Source of the DNA: Lama guanicoe | Lineage: Eukaryota | Length of the DNA: 64,000 nucleotides | Reading direction: 5' to 3' | Assembly (NCBI GenBank): GCA_013239625.1 | Contig: MU054212.1 | Location: 7,042,270 to 7,106,269 of the forward strand | Part shown: piece after piece, positions 26,190 through 40,520 of the stretch | Position numbering within the stretch: the stretch's first letter is position 1 | Layout: the number at the start of each line of letters is the position of its first letter | Translations under genes and position numbers: made by a program | Notes under the pieces: model-generated | What the model was told of the DNA's origin: nothing | The model's input: only the letters and a program-made list of their open reading frames with translations | Database searches by the model: none

Positions 26190-26430
26190 ATCAGACAGTT
26201 TAGTAAAATGCCAAAGAACATAGCCTTTAAATCAGTTAGATATGGGATTAAATTCCAGATGGACTCCTTAGTAGCTGTATGACCTTAAGAAGAATACTTA
26301 ATGTATTTCAGCATCAGTCTCCTTCACTAGAAAATGGGGAAAATGGTAATGTTTCATAGTGTTACTGTGAGGATTAATATAACATATATATGCAAACTGT
26401 TTAGTCTATTGACTGGCATATAAGTGCGTA
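26190..26430 (+). mobile_element. MIR SINE
   Basis: tagtagctgtatgaccttaag...cagtctccttcactagaaaatgggg...gttactgtgaggattaa. Confidence 0.8.
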
Positions 26431-26623
26431 ATAAATGGTAATGATATAAATTCAGTGAATGAGAGTTCATTAACAAATTATATATTCATGAATATAATAC
26501 TTAACCTTTCCAGATCTCTCCATATCTGTTTTTTCTAATAGGAGAGTAAAGTTAAATTTACCTAGCTGGATTTTTATGAGCATCGAGGGACTGAATATAT
26601 AAATGTCACATATAAATGGACAG

Positions 26624-27046
26624 TGATCAGATCATATATAAAAACAGAATCTCAACCCACAACCTCTGCACCAAACAGTCTAGGAAGCCAAACCACAGCC
26701 TCTGCAGTAATCAGCCTGGAACAGTCAGGACTTTGTCAGTGACTTCCAGCTTCCCTAATACTTGACTGTACTTCTAACTCGGGACCAACCATAGAAAGCC
26801 AGAGCTCCTCAAACCAGTCCCATAGGATGCCCCAATTCTAATTAGCTCACCTCCAGTTTCCCCATATCAACAAAGTCCAGTCAGAGCATACCTGAAGCCT
26901 TTCTTTTTTCCACTATAAAACTTTCCCATTCCCCTGTCTGGCTTTGAGTTTCTGCCCTAAGCAAGTGATGGTGGCTGACTCCCTTGCTATAGGAAGCTCT
27001 GAATAAATAGCCTCTGTTTTTTCATTTGGGTGGTCTTTTTTCCACA
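26624..27046 (+). mobile_element. ERV1-type solo LTR
   Basis: TG...CA boundaries, TATA (ctataaaa ~26913), AATAAA (27002) and U3-like repeated acaacctctgca / acagcctctgca. Confidence 0.7.
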
Positions 27047-28809
27047 GCGTTATAACTGAGGTTAACTTTAGTTCAATGCTAATTTTAAAATGCCATATAT
27101 ATTTTATTAGTGTTATTTTTGTGCAAAAAACAGACATCGTGATCATAAAGGCTCACCCAGGCAACCAAGTGCTTGTGGAGATACTACTTTTCCACCAGGT
27201 ACATAATACAAATGCTTATGATCAATCCGGTTCTCTCCCTACATCATTACCACAACACAGATTCTTCAACTGCTTCGAGTATTCCAGCTGCTTAATCTCT
27301 CTGCTTTTCCTTTCTTGTCATATGTCCTATCTTTTCTGTTTTGTCTGGAACCAGTGCCTAGCATCTTAGCAATTCTCTAGTCAATATTCTCATTAACTTT
27401 CAGTTTCATATATTTAGATATACTCTGGGTAGGCAGATATTGCTTATTTTTTCTCAGAAACTCTTCTTCCTTTAAAAGAAAGGGGCTCCTTTCTTTTGAG
27501 ATACTGTTTTCCCATCCATCCAGACGGCTTGGTAAATTGCTGTCAATCTTGGTAGCCCCATCTCCAACATGAATGCTCTCGGGACAGGCAGGTGAACTAA
27601 CTGGGGTCAAGGATATTTGTACTGGGGTATTTCTAGATTCTCTTATTAGGTACTAGATTGAGAATTTTTTAGTCTAGAGCTCACAAATTCCCAATTTGTG
27701 AGATTTCCAGAGCTCTTGGAAGTCATGGTTCTAGGCTGGTGGAATAAGCCAGTGTGAGAATGAAGTTCATATTCATAAAGGAAAAGAAAGAAGAGGGCAT
27801 ACAGATACCATTCTCTGCTAGGGGGAAGGATCAACTCTGAGGATGAAGTTACAGGTTAGTTGAGTCTGAGATGATGTGGGGTCTGGAACTAGAGCAGAGG
27901 AGAGAAGGCAGGATTATGAACAAGAACTCTGGCAGTTACCACCATGATGGGACTTCACTCAGGGTGAAGGGGTGGATTAAGTTCAAACTTATGTTTGTAA
28001 TAGTTCTGAAAACTAGTCAGATGTGGTTAATAATAAAGTCTTTAGAATATAACGATGAAAAGCAATTTTAACAATAAAATTGTATTATATATTCCAGATA
28101 AAAATGCACCAGTCTCACATATAAATGTCTAGATAATAACTCAAACATAAACTAACAGCTCAAAATCCTTCAGACTGTTGAATGTGTCTGGCAATTAGCC
28201 ATCCATTTGTCTCCGAGTTCTTAACTTTGGTAAGTTTGCTCTTGCCACAGTAGGACCAAGAAACAATTATTTGGTGGTGGGTGTTGGTGGGGGAAATCTC
28301 AAGAATGCTACATTTGAGTCAGATGCCCAGACAGATGTGCAATAGAAAGTGGGCCTGGGAAGCTACCAAGTCAATTCACAAATATTTATTAGGCAGCCAA
28401 TGAATGTCAAGAAAGAAATAATAGAAAATGCTTTGAATTAGGAACCAGGAGACCCTTAGTCTTCTGGGTCTGAAGCTGTAATTCTTGACCTTGGTCAAGC
28501 CATACAGCAGCTCTGAGCCTCATTTTCCACATCTGCGGAAGGGCTATGTTGTGCATCATCTCATTTGGGGTCTTACAGAGCAAATACAGAAATACAAAAT
28601 CCCATTTCTCATCTAAGAAGATGTGCAGATTTGGGGCAGACATTTAAAATATTAAATATCAAAAGGAGAAGTATAAATAACAATTCAAAATAATGATACA
28701 CGAGCCCCCACAAGGAGGCCTTTATAAGCTAAATGAAACGTAGAAATAATTACTTCTTAAGAGACTAAGACCCTAGGGATGCAGTTCCAGACAATGTGAA
28801 GTACAGCTG

Positions 28810-29430
28810 GGCGGCTAGTGGACTTTCCATCCCTTCCCCAGGCCCTGGGGATTTTTCTCATACTCGCCAGGTGACAGCTTCGCCTCCGCCCCCAGGAAGG
28901 GACTGATAACTAAGGGATTGACCAAATGGGATATTAAAGCAGGCAGAGACGGCCCAGGATGCTCGAGTCAGGATGCACCCGCGAAGCTGTGCAGGCGGCC
29001 GCACCCTGGGTGGGACATCCCTGACTCACCCACGCCACGCGTCTCCAGGCGCCGCCCCTGCCCACCTCTCCCGCTCTGCGGCGCCAGCGGCCGAGGCCCT
29101 CCGGGTCGGTTACCGGCTGTCCAGGCAGCCTCGGCGGCGGCTCCCAGACTCCGGGCTCGCGCTCCTGGGGTCTCTCTGGCCCATCGTGTGCCTGCCCCGC
29201 ATTTCTGCTGCCGACCAGCTCTGCTGGGGCTCTGCGCGCTAGGCCTTCTCTGAGCCGCCACCTCCCAGCTCTTTTTTCTTTCTTTTCTAACCAATTTAAC
29301 CCTGCCGGACTTCTTTTCCTCTTTACTAAAGTGGGGGTGGGGGGTTGGGGATAAGTCAACGCCCTTTCCTACAGAAATTATGATTAGAATTAGGTAGGAT
29401 CAGACTTACTAAATGCGAAGCCCGCAGGAC
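28810..29430. promoter_or_regulatory. CpG-island promoter of an unidentified gene
   Basis: Dense CpG and GC-rich non-repeat sequence in AT-rich surroundings; GC box ccgccc at 28886-28891; CCAAT at 29291; minus-strand donor CCG|gtaacc at 29114/29113. Confidence 0.85.
29114..29260 (-). other. Candidate non-coding first exon; 5' boundary approximate
   Basis: GC-rich sequence ending at a GT donor (ggacagccg|gtaacc) inside the CpG island; several strong minus-strand exon-like segments lie downstream. Confidence 0.45.
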
Positions 29431-30408
29431 TTCCACAGGAGGGAAGTCTCTGATATCCTACCTTCAAAAGAGGAAGCCCACCAGCATCGGTTGGTACAAG
29501 GACTTGAGGTGATGAGCTCCGTTTGGTTTGGTTGTTGGTTCTAAGGTGACTTTGGTATTGAGAAACCTGAACAACGTGTTGGGGTGGATAGGCAAACTTC
29601 TTCCCTTTGTGTCTGGAGGTTAAGGTGGGGAAAGTGATGAATTCAAGCTGTCTAAGGATCTATTTCTAATAAAAACAAATTTTTGAAGCGTGATTCATTT
29701 CACGACATATTAGGTGCCACAAGATACATACCTCAATTTTATTACCACCTCAGTGAATGTATATTATGACCTGAAATAGAAGCATCTTCAAAAAAAGAGG
29801 CTTGTGCATTACATGCTCACCCTCTTCTTGGATGAAACCAAACCGTAAACAATAAACTGAAAATGGTTAAAAACATAGGATCAAGACAAAGATTAGTATT
29901 CTTATGCAGACATATCATATTTTCAGGCACCACTGGATACAGGCAAAGGCCTGCCAAGATTAAGGAAGCAAAATCTATTACCTTAAGAGGCAATTCAATT
30001 AGTAATCCTTTTTAATGGAGGGAAATCTGCAAGGCCTTACCTGGAATAAGATCATTCCAGCCAAAAACGTAAAAGAGGAAGCGATAACAGGCAACCTGGA
30101 GTCTTAATCTTAAATTCATATATGCAGAAGCAGAGCTCTTTTTGTAATTAAAAAATAGATTCCAGAATGCACTCTCGTTTCCCATCTCCCTCCATTAATT
30201 ATTTAAATTTGACATGTTAGCAATACAATGTTAAATTTAAACCAAATGCATCGTTTGCATCCCTTAAATATATATTCATGAGTGTTCAGATCATCTAAGT
30301 GAATATATTAAAACAATACCTAGATTTTTTTCTCCCTAGAAACTTCATTTTTGAAATTTTTCTCTTAATTAACTAAAACTCATTGATAATTGTTATGCAT
30401 GCACCTAT

Positions 30409-31010
30409 TGTGGTAGGCAGAATTCTAAGGTGAACCCAAAGACCCTAGCCCCTTGGTATACATGCCTTGCAAAATCCTCCAGACTTTGAATAGGATGGAT
30501 TTTATTCTGGTGATTAGCTTGTTATATGATACAATTATCTTTAAAAAGGAGATTATCCAGTGTGAGTTGGGCTTAATTGGATGAACCATTAAAAGGGACT
30601 TGCCTCTTCCTGGAGTCAGAGATTTGAAGCATTAGAGGAGCATCTGACACAGGGATATTCTTCATTGTTAGCTTTGAAAATTGAGAAGTCGTGTAGCAAA
30701 AAATGCAAGCTGCCTCTAAGAGTTGAGAATGACTCCAGCTGACAACCATCAAGGAAATGGGGACCTCAGTCTTATAACCTCAGGGAACTGAATTCTACCA
30801 ACAATCTGAATGATCTCAGAAGAGGACACTGTGTTCCAAATGAGAATATATCCTGTCAACAGCTTGATTTCAGCCTGTGAACCCTGAGCAGACAACCTGG
30901 TCAACCTTATGTGGACTTCTGACATACAGAACTATGAACTAATAAATGGATGTTGTTTTAAGCTGCTATGTTTGTGGTAATTTGTTATGTAGCAATAGAA
31001 AACTAGTACA
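30409..31010 (+). mobile_element. Full-length MaLR solo LTR (MLT1 family) with perfect 5-bp TSD
   Basis: Starts tgtggtaggcagaattctaag, ends ttgttatgtagcaatagaaaactagtaca; CCTAT duplicated at 30404-30408 and 31011-31015. Confidence 0.95.
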
Positions 31011-33714
31011 CCTATTAACTCACTTCAAATAAACAAAAGTAAGATTTTTAAATAAATAAAGGTACAGAAAGATCTTGGGAAACCCAGGGCAGAATTGTAA
31101 CTGAAACTCAAATAGGCCAGACATCAGACACTGCAAAATTAAATTAACACTAGACCTATTGTCGTAAAAAAAAAGAATACAGTAGCTAAGGTCATGTTAT
31201 TAGCAAATAGAAAAACCAATTTTCTACAAAAATAGAACAAACAGAAATAGCTGATTTTCCTATAGCAACAGTTAAAGAATAGAATGAAATATTTACCATA
31301 CACAGAGAAAATAATGATCAAACAAAAATACATTCCCAGCAAAACTATCATTCAAGAATGAGAACAACAACAACAAAAGAAACCCATATTTTGCAAGAAC
31401 AAAAACAAAGTTTACCATTTGCAGAGCTATTCTGAACTATGTGCTTTAGGAAGAATGAAAATAGTAAAGCTACTGGAAAGATGTGTGGTTAAATCTAAAC
31501 ATCCTGGCTACATGAAAACATGTCAACCACCCACCTGTCTTCTTGGCTTTCTCTTCCGAATAATCTCCTACTCAGTTAGTCCTTAAGACTTGTGTATACA
31601 ACTATTTTAATATACCTCCTGACAGTACTAGACCATTTCAAGAATTAAATTTAACAAGTGTGTTCTGGGCCCCTTTTTTTCTTACTTACACCAGAATGAT
31701 TTAAAGTCGCTTTTAGATTAACTAAATGCACACCACACCTGCCGTAGAGAATTGGCTGAATACTCCTATTTATTGATAATACTATTTTATTAAGATGGAC
31801 CAGAAGGGTCTTCAGTAGACAAATGGAATTGATATCTAATTATATCTGAAAGAGTGGCATGATATCAATTTCTCTAAATTAAAAATTATTGTCTTTGGCA
31901 GACATTCTCCAAAATTCAATTTGCTTACATCAAATTACTTCTTATAGCAACTTAACTCATTTTTATGTTCTAAGTAATTCATACTGCTGTACAATGAGAA
32001 AATAAGAAGTTCCAAAAGAGCATCACTGATGTTTTTCTATAATGATATATGATTTAAAATATTTCAAGATCAGAATCATTTTGCTCTATCATCAATGGTG
32101 TAGAATTCAGAGAAATCTTATACCTATTCATGTACTAAAGATTACCATTTATGTTTTCTAAAGTGAATTTTAAATTATCCTAAATACTAAATGTTCTTAC
32201 AGATATCTCTGTTGCCACCCACTGTAAGTTGTGGTCATTTATCCAGACAAGTGCCTCTGAGTTCTCATTATAAGCTTACATCCATCTCATCTGCTTTTTG
32301 TAAAGCATATGGATCTGCTTTAAATCCATGTGCATTATAAAATATCTACAATCCAATACTTCATCAGAGTACACAACCTCAAATTTTCTGTGGGCAGTTT
32401 TATCAAAAGCTTGCCTGAAATGGGCACTATATACAGAATATCTTCTATTTTAAAGATGTAAAGTTATATGCCTTTTCTATTTGCTTTCAGTTATTTTCCT
32501 GAATCAGATGCAACCAATATCAAATAACTTATTTGAACAATATTAGCTTCTCATTTAATGGGATTGTTGTCACTGTTACATTACTCTTAACTTTAATCAA
32601 AGGGCACTCATTAAAAAGACATGAAATATACCACTACATTAATTCTAGATGATATTGTCCATCATATCACTCAGTGGAGCCATACAAAATTCTGTGTAAG
32701 AAATTGGTGTACAGGTATGTGAGGATGAGAGAAAGAGATGTTGAGGAGGTTGAGTATTAGGAGAGATCAAACAGGTAATTTCTTAACTTAAGAAATCAGT
32801 GTAAACCATGTATAAATTATGAGATTTATATAGATATCTGAGTCTTCCCTTTTATCTTGTTTGCCAGACAAAGCTTAATTTTAGCAACCATGTTAACCAT
32901 TTGGTCTTTATTTTCTACTGCCATTAACATTGCACTCATTTTCATTATATATTTTTGTGAGAAAAACTGACTTATATAAGTATAAATCAAAAGTGAACTT
33001 GAAGAGAAATGTTCAATAAAGATATAACCTTTGAAATTCATGTAATTTAATAAGCAATAAATATTAATTTCTGCACTATTAAGGGGAAATTAATTTGCTA
33101 TTTTCTAAGACAGGAATGATGTCATCTGGTTCATAACACTGTCTTAGCACATTTTGATATTGCCTATAAAACAGCATTGACTAAAGCTGAATCTACTGTC
33201 TTAGAATTAATCATGATAGTGAAAAGTCACAGACTTGCAGTCTGCTAAAGGCATGGTACCCACATCTCCAACCTAGGCAGTTCTGGTGGTTTTGGTGTAT
33301 TACCTATACCAGACCCCCTGTCTCAACTACCCATGCAAAGCACTCCTTTTAGTAGCAGTCACCATCTTAGATTTGATCATCTTTACCTCTTTTGATTCTT
33401 CCTTTCCTTTTTCAAGGGATAGAATCCTAATCTTCTGCTGGGAAACTGTTCCATCATCAAAGCAAGTCATTAAAAATATAGATGAGTGGAGAAATGCACA
33501 CATATGTACATATGTATATACATATCATGAACAGGTCTCATGAATTACCTTGCACTGAAAACACTAGTGAAAAGGGAAAAAAAGAATCTCTTATCTTTAC
33601 TGAAGGCTCTATCTGTGGTCAATGAGGAAGATCATTTGTAATTCCTAAGTTCACTCATTGGTGTTTTTGCTCTTCCTGAGAAAGTTCTAGATAATAAATT
33701 ACAATGTTTATGCT

Positions 33715-33925
33715 GTCATTTATTTATTGAACACTGCCACATGCCAGACTGTGCACTTTCCTATACTCAGATCTACCTCTTGGATAGCTATTATCCCCCA
33801 TTTTTTAAATGAAATTGTGATTTGGAAGACGTTAAATGACTGGCCGGGAGACACAATTAGTAACTAATGGAGTAATATTCACACAAAATTGTGACTAAAA
33901 TCAGTGATGTTCACAACACACTACT
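33715..33925 (-). mobile_element. MIR SINE
   Basis: catttatttattgaacactgccacatgccagactgtg...attatcccccattttt...gttaaatgactggcc. Confidence 0.7.
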
Positions 33926-34432
33926 GACTGAGCCTGGAAGTGTCAAGCACTTAATTAGTGCTGGATCCCTGCCTTCATTTGAGTCAAGCCATGGGCTTGC
34001 TTAGCCTTATTTTCTCTGAGACTTCAGGAGATGAGTTCCTTGAAAGCTAACATAGAACCTTTCTGATTTTCCACTCATTTTCTGAATTAGCATTCAAGGC
34101 CCACAGTTTGTCATTTTCTCTGTATATACTATACAGGATCATCTCCAAAGTCAAGTGATCATCTGGCCTTGATAATCATTCTTGTTGCCATAGTGACAAG
34201 CTAACAAATCCAATTTATCTCCCAACACCTTATTTTCCAAGTAGACTTCATCTCATGCTACCACTAGGAATAATTTGAAGTGATAATGTCATCACAGGAC
34301 TCAGATTACTATTACATTTGTCTCTAGTGAGCAATGCTCACTAGTGCTCCTTAGCTATGTGAGAAAACCAATTTCAGAATCTCAATTAGAAGTTCTGTTT
34401 TCTGAGACCACAACCACTTATGCTATCAGATA

Positions 34433-34656
34433 CTGTTGATCCTGCAATGACTCGCAGGTTAGGGGTGCCAACCTCGCAAAATCAAAAATCCACTGTAACT
34501 TTACAGCAGGCCATTCGTATCCTGGGTTTCCCATGTGCAGATTCAAACACCTATCAATCAAGTCATGTAGTACTGTAGTGCCCTATTCATTGGATAAAAA
34601 ATACACAAAGAAGTGGACCAGGGGAGTTCAAACCTATGTTAATCAAGGGTCAACTA
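34433..34656. mobile_element. TcMar-Tigger non-autonomous element (Tigger2/MER8-like)
   Basis: Degenerate TIRs (ctgttgatcc ... gggtcaacta) flanked by TA; gtggacca...gttcaaacctatgtt. Confidence 0.75.
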
Positions 34657-35924
34657 TACCTCACAGTCAAAGTACTATCAGTAAAAAGAAAGCATTCTAA
34701 AATGGTAATAGAGAGAGGGAAAGAAAGAGATTATTCACAACGGGTAAGTAGGTTTAAGGACAATCAAATGATTAGTGAAAAATCCTGGGAATAACAAAAA
34801 GGGGAGCTGTTACCACCACAGTCTGATAATGTAAGGGGAAATAGAGGTTAGCAGAATCAAGAAAAATGAGATATAATCTTAAAGAGGACATCTGATAAGA
34901 GTTTTGACTTTCAGCAACCTGGTAGGAGTGAAGTGGGAGAATAAATATTCTAATATCACTCTCTTCTTACCCTCTAGTCTCTACTGGTGTCCCCATTAGG
35001 AGATAGAACCCAGAGAGCAAGGGTTCGCATTGATTTAACCCAAATAATTCAGCATTGCAGGGCACAGAGCACAGTGGAGAATAGTGCAGAAATGGACCCA
35101 AAGGAGCAAATAAAAAATATCCAGCAGAGTTTTAAATGCTCTTACGATATCTAAGAAGGCACTCTGAACCCACCTGACCCAGTGTGGACCTAACCTCAAG
35201 GTAAGGGATTATAGGAAATGCAGAAATTCCAAATATTTTGGGTAAGACTATAAAAGCAAAAGGAGGAATGAGCCTCACTTCCTGGCTGAAACCTAGGAAG
35301 ATGCCAAAACTCAGAGAGAAGTCTCTAAACCCAGCATGGTATAATGACGGGAAGTGAGACATTGTGACAGAGCAATTCCATGCAGAGATAATCTGAGAAA
35401 GTCCCTAAACCTCCACATGCTCAAGTCTCTCACAGCCACAGAAAAGGGAGAAAGTGCAAATGAAATTTTCCTGGGTGCACCACCCTCCTTGAGAGGGTTA
35501 TGGAAAGTCTGAGATGGCTGGAGGAATTGAACAAGCCTTCCAAGTAATCTTAAGAGTCTACATGCCAACCAATAAAAGGCACAGTGGGACCTTAAACATG
35601 GCCTCAGATGCCTGTGGGACTAAATGCTAACAACCAAAGACCTTAAGGTGAATTCTGTCTCAGTCTGGCAGCATAAGACAGAGGCTATACCATACCCATC
35701 AACAAACAATGGGAAGAACCACCTTGGGAAAAAGAATTTGAGATGTTTCTGATTTGACCGATTATAATTGAAATGAAAAGTACTAACATGTTAATTAGAG
35801 TCAGTTATCAGCCATCAGTCAGAATGGGTGTTCAAAACAGAGGTTGTTCCATCAACAAGTAAAAAATTACCTTTGGCCACCTGAATATCTGACTTGAGAA
35901 TTCCTTCCCCAAAATGTGTAAATA

Positions 35925-35965
35925 CACACACACACACACACACAACACACACACACACACACACA
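35925..35965. repeat. (CA)n microsatellite, one interruption
   Basis: Seen directly. Confidence 0.95.
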
Positions 35966-38204
35966 GTATATCCACAGTGCGCTGCACTAAAGGCAGTCTG
36001 AGAAAAAGATTAGATTAGCATGAACAGAACAGAAATAATTTTCAGTATCCATAATTCTGTTCTGATTATCATCGGGCATTTCAGTGTATAATTCCAGCAA
36101 AATATTTTACCCAGATGTGCCATTGGGTTAATCAGCACCATTCAGCTGAAACTGTGCATGTTTTCCCTTTAACACACAGTTATGTGTAACAGTTATATAT
36201 TTCTATAACTCGACATCATCAAGAAGTTATGTTTTTAAAGCAGCAATACATTGCAAAACGAAAATATAATATTTTCTTTTACTTGAATCTGAGACTAATT
36301 CTAATTGATTGTACTTTAAGTGTATAAATTTTACAAAAGGAATAGCACAGTTATTATCCCTAATGAAGCCCCTGTGGTGTGTCAGCCCAACCAGTGACTA
36401 TTACCACATGTCTTATTTGGCCTTCACATTTTTCCTCTGCCACCACATGCTATTGCTAAGTTAATTATGATCTAGAATTCTCATTAAGTTTATGTGCATG
36501 TGTTGCCTTGCAGTCTTCAAAATTTAATCATAACTTCTAAAACAAAAATTTCCATTTTAAGAAAACTGCACTTTCCATTAGAGTTTGATAAATTAGAAAT
36601 ATAAAACTTATATTTTCCTCCTTTTTAAAATATAACAGTGAAAATTTCTAACTAATGGAAAGCCATTTATGTTTCAAATGAACACAGCATATGCCAGGTT
36701 TCAGCCCCAAGACAATTTTTATGACCAAGTCACTGAATCCTGAAAAGAAAATTTTCTGGTAGAAATGTTTTCTTTAATATACACACGGTCGTTTCAAGGC
36801 TTTTGTCACCTTAATTACTTTTGTTAAAAATTTGGGAAGGCTCAGAAATGACTCTTGATTTTAATGTCGTGATATCTCTTAAAATGTCCTTTTCTGTCTT
36901 CTATCTTATTAAATTAATCGGCTTCAAGATCTGTTTTTCATTGAGAGCTTTAGGCACTTATTTAGAAATACGCACTAACAAAGATAGTGCTCCTTGGGTA
37001 CCTGGTCTACTGGCTTCATTCAGGAAGCACAACTACATTGGAAAGATTCATATTCTCCTTAATTTATTATTAGAAATAAGAGATCTCTCCATTTTACTTA
37101 TTTAGTAAGTAGCTTGTATTTAGCTATTGCTCTTTTTGTCATTTTTAAATTCTTTGCTGCTTATCCTATTGATCTCTAACCTCATTTAGGAAGAAGAATT
37201 AAACAGGCAAACACTTATTACACCCACTTATTTGTTACATCACAGACTCTGTTGAGAATGCTTTACATTCATTAATTCATTTGATCATCACAATAATGCT
37301 CTAGGGTACTTAGTACTATAGGTGAATAAACACAAAGGTATACTTCCCCAGGATGTCACAAAACCAGCAGGTGGTGGAGAAATCAGTCAAATCCAGGTAG
37401 CCAAATTAGTTACACTTGTAGCCACCTCACATGAGAAAACAGGAAGATATAGACTATTTACTCTAAAATCACTGTCTTCTATTTTTTAAGTACAATTTAT
37501 GTAATCAAGTCCTATGACCTCCCTCATCTATCTCTAGTTTCTTTCTGCCCTGAGCTTGCATGCATCTCCACTCCCACCCACTTTCCATGGAGATCTTTTC
37601 CAGGATGGCTCAATTCTGCTTGTTAAGGATCACACCTTTTATTTCCCACAGAGCTTTTAACAGTGAAAAATGCGAGCTCACTATTGCACTTGACTCATGA
37701 GGAATAGGGAAGATTAATAGGGGGTTACCAAAAATAAGTTGTGAAAACCCAAACTTAAAAGGAACAAATAACTGAAGAGAATGTATGTTTGTATCACCTA
37801 GTATTGATCCTTCAACTATCTCATTGGAAAATTAAGAATGTAACTAAACGAATGTTTGGGTTTTACTATACTCAGTTAGACTTAATTTTTCTGATTTAAA
37901 GATCTAGCATTCCTACCATGCTACAGAGCTTTAACTTACTCTCTTGAAATTATTAACGACAGCATTTACCATCCTAAGGCAATTCTTTTTAGTTAAAAGA
38001 ATTTTAGCAATTATATTTAAGTTATTAGCATTGGTTTATAGCTAAATGTATTAGCTCATGAAATTACTTTAACTCTTAGGTTTAAAATAATTTCTTTTAT
38101 TTAATATGCAGTTGCAAATGAGAAATGATTTTCCCAAAGTAGTCTGCATCAAAAGCTATGTGTGAAAGAGCATTTATTTTATTTAAGAAAATTATCCACA
38201 TGTT

Positions 38205-38570
38205 GAATCATTTATTCATTAATTCAACAAATGTTTACTGAGCACTTAGGTGTTTGCCAGATATTTTTATTGAAGTGAACAAAACACAAAGGTACTGCCC
38301 TGAAGGAGCTTACGTTCCACTGTGGGAGGCAGTCAGTTAATCCATACACAAATGAATATCTATAATGTCGGGTGCAAAAAGAAAGCTAAGAAAGGTTAAG
38401 GGGTTAGGGTAATGGGGGTGGGTGTTAATTGAGATGTGTTGTGTAGGAAGGCCTCTTGGGGAAGAAAGGCAGAAGAAAGTGAAGAAATAAATCATGAAGC
38501 TATTTGGGAAAAAGTATCATTGACTGAAGGAATCACAAATGCCAAGTCTCAAGAGCAAGAGAATGAGGTG
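38205..38570 (-). mobile_element. L2 3' end
   Basis: tcatttattcattaattcaacaaatgtttactgagcac...ctgccctgaaggagcttac. Confidence 0.85.
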
Positions 38571-39334
38571 TTCCTGCTATTTTTAATATATTTATACTAG
38601 TGGTGGAAACTAAAACTGCTTTCTGCAAAGATATGTGCTTACATGGGAATAAAGATTAAGAGCAGATCATGCCAAATCCATACAACTGTGAAATCGAAGA
38701 CTGTAGTCATTGGTACCATACACTGGGTCACCTGGCCAGGTAGCTAAGCATGACTAGAGAGAACTATGGTGAATATCTAAAGTGCCTAAAAGCAATAGGT
38801 TGGAAATCAGTTGACAATGCTTAAAATGAGAACAGAGCTGTCAAGGGCTGAGAGTGCAGAAGACAATGAAGCTCTAAGAGCATGGGGCAGCCATTAAGTG
38901 GGCTTGAGAGACAGTCCAGCCCCATGTTGAGAGTTACCCAAGGCTGGGGATGCACCTGGATGGGTAGGAGATACTGGTACAGGAGCCTTGTTCTTTCTTA
39001 GAGTAAGTTCCTACCCCCAGTGCAGCAGCTGAGCAAAGTAAAACTTTCCTGCTGAAGTAACTGTAACTCTTCTCTTGATATTTTGGATCCCTGTGCCTAG
39101 GAAAAATCTCACATAGACCCAGTGCAGCTTTGCATTGTGCTGGCTTCATTGCCCTGTTCACAAATCAAACAGATGCTAATATGCATCACTAACACATGTA
39201 GAGAAAAGACAAAACTGGAAGTGTCAGTGAAAGAAAAAGTAGGGCAGTGTGTCAAGAATTCAGTGAGTGAGCAGGAGTTCTAGGAAATAGTATCAAATAA
39301 GTAGTTAAGTAGCGAGGACCAAATCCTATAGCAA

Positions 39335-40520
39335 CTTAGATGGGGCAGCCAGGGCCAAATCATACAAACCTTAGGACTTTGGATTTTTGTGCAAGTGTGA
39401 TAAGAAGTAACTGGAAGGTTATGAGCAGGGGAATAATCTGTCTTCCATTTGAGAAGGAATATTCTGGCAGTCGTGTGGAGAATAGGATCTAGGAATAAAG
39501 AAGGGAAAACTGAAAATGCATTTAGTAACTATAGATAAGAGATTAAGGAGGATTGAACATCATTGAGCCACAGTCATTGTAAGAAATGGTTAGGTTGCAA
39601 ATATGTTTTTTAAAAATAGATCCAACAGGATTTTCTGATGGACTAGATACGGTTTCTGAGAATAAGAGAGAAGTCAAATATGATTACAGGGGTCTTTTTT
39701 TTTTTTGCTTGATCCAACTGAATATAGATCCCATTTACTTGAGATGATAGACACAGGAGAAGGAGTCATTTTAACAGGCATTCAGAAAGGAATCAACAGT
39801 CTCATTTTAAACATAGTAAGATTAAAATAACTAATAGAAATCCAAGAAGGAATGTGAAGTCCCAAATGAAGAAGAAAGGTTGGCCTAAAACTATAAATCA
39901 TTGCATTAGGACCTCGTGGATAGCATTTGAAAATACGGGAATGGGTGAGATCACCGAGGGAGTAAGTATAAACACAGAAGATGTCTGAGTCAGGTTCCTG
40001 AGTCAAACAGACATTAATTTAAAAAATCAAGAAACTGATAAGTGTTCTGAAAAAGAGCCTGAGAATCAGTGAAAAGTGAAGCAAAGGACACTCAGGAGAA
40101 CTGAAGTAAAGAAAATGTTTTAAGAAGGGAGAAGTAATCAAGTGTGTCGAATGCTTTCAACATGCCATGTGAGGTGAGGACTGACTGACAGTGACTAGGA
40201 GATGTACAGGTCATTGGGATCTTGACCTGGATGGTTTCCGTGAAGCAATAGAGTGCTTTGAGGACAGAATAGTAGAAGAAATGGAGGTGGCCAGTCTAGA
40301 TAACCATTGTGAGGTGTGTGATATAAAGCAGAATTAAACTGTGAACTGTAGCTGGAGGGAGATGTGAGGTAAAGGAGGGTACTAAAAAGTAAGATGGAAA
40401 ATTTTGTAGCATATATATAGGTGGTAATGGAAATAGTTCAGCATAGAGGGCACTTGATGATGCAAGAGAGGAACGAAATGAATGTGGATGGGAAAAAAAT
40501 AAGTGAAAGTAAAGAATGAG
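39335..40520 (-). mobile_element. L2 body
   Basis: aggactttggattttt...ggaaggttatgagcaggg; gatgagatcacc-like and aatcaagtgtgtcgaatgct motifs. Confidence 0.85.

Noticed and set aside
28918..29359. Four ORFs of 89-141 aa
   Set aside because: Stop-poor CpG-island sequence with low-complexity Arg/Pro/Gly/Ala translations and no recognisable protein.
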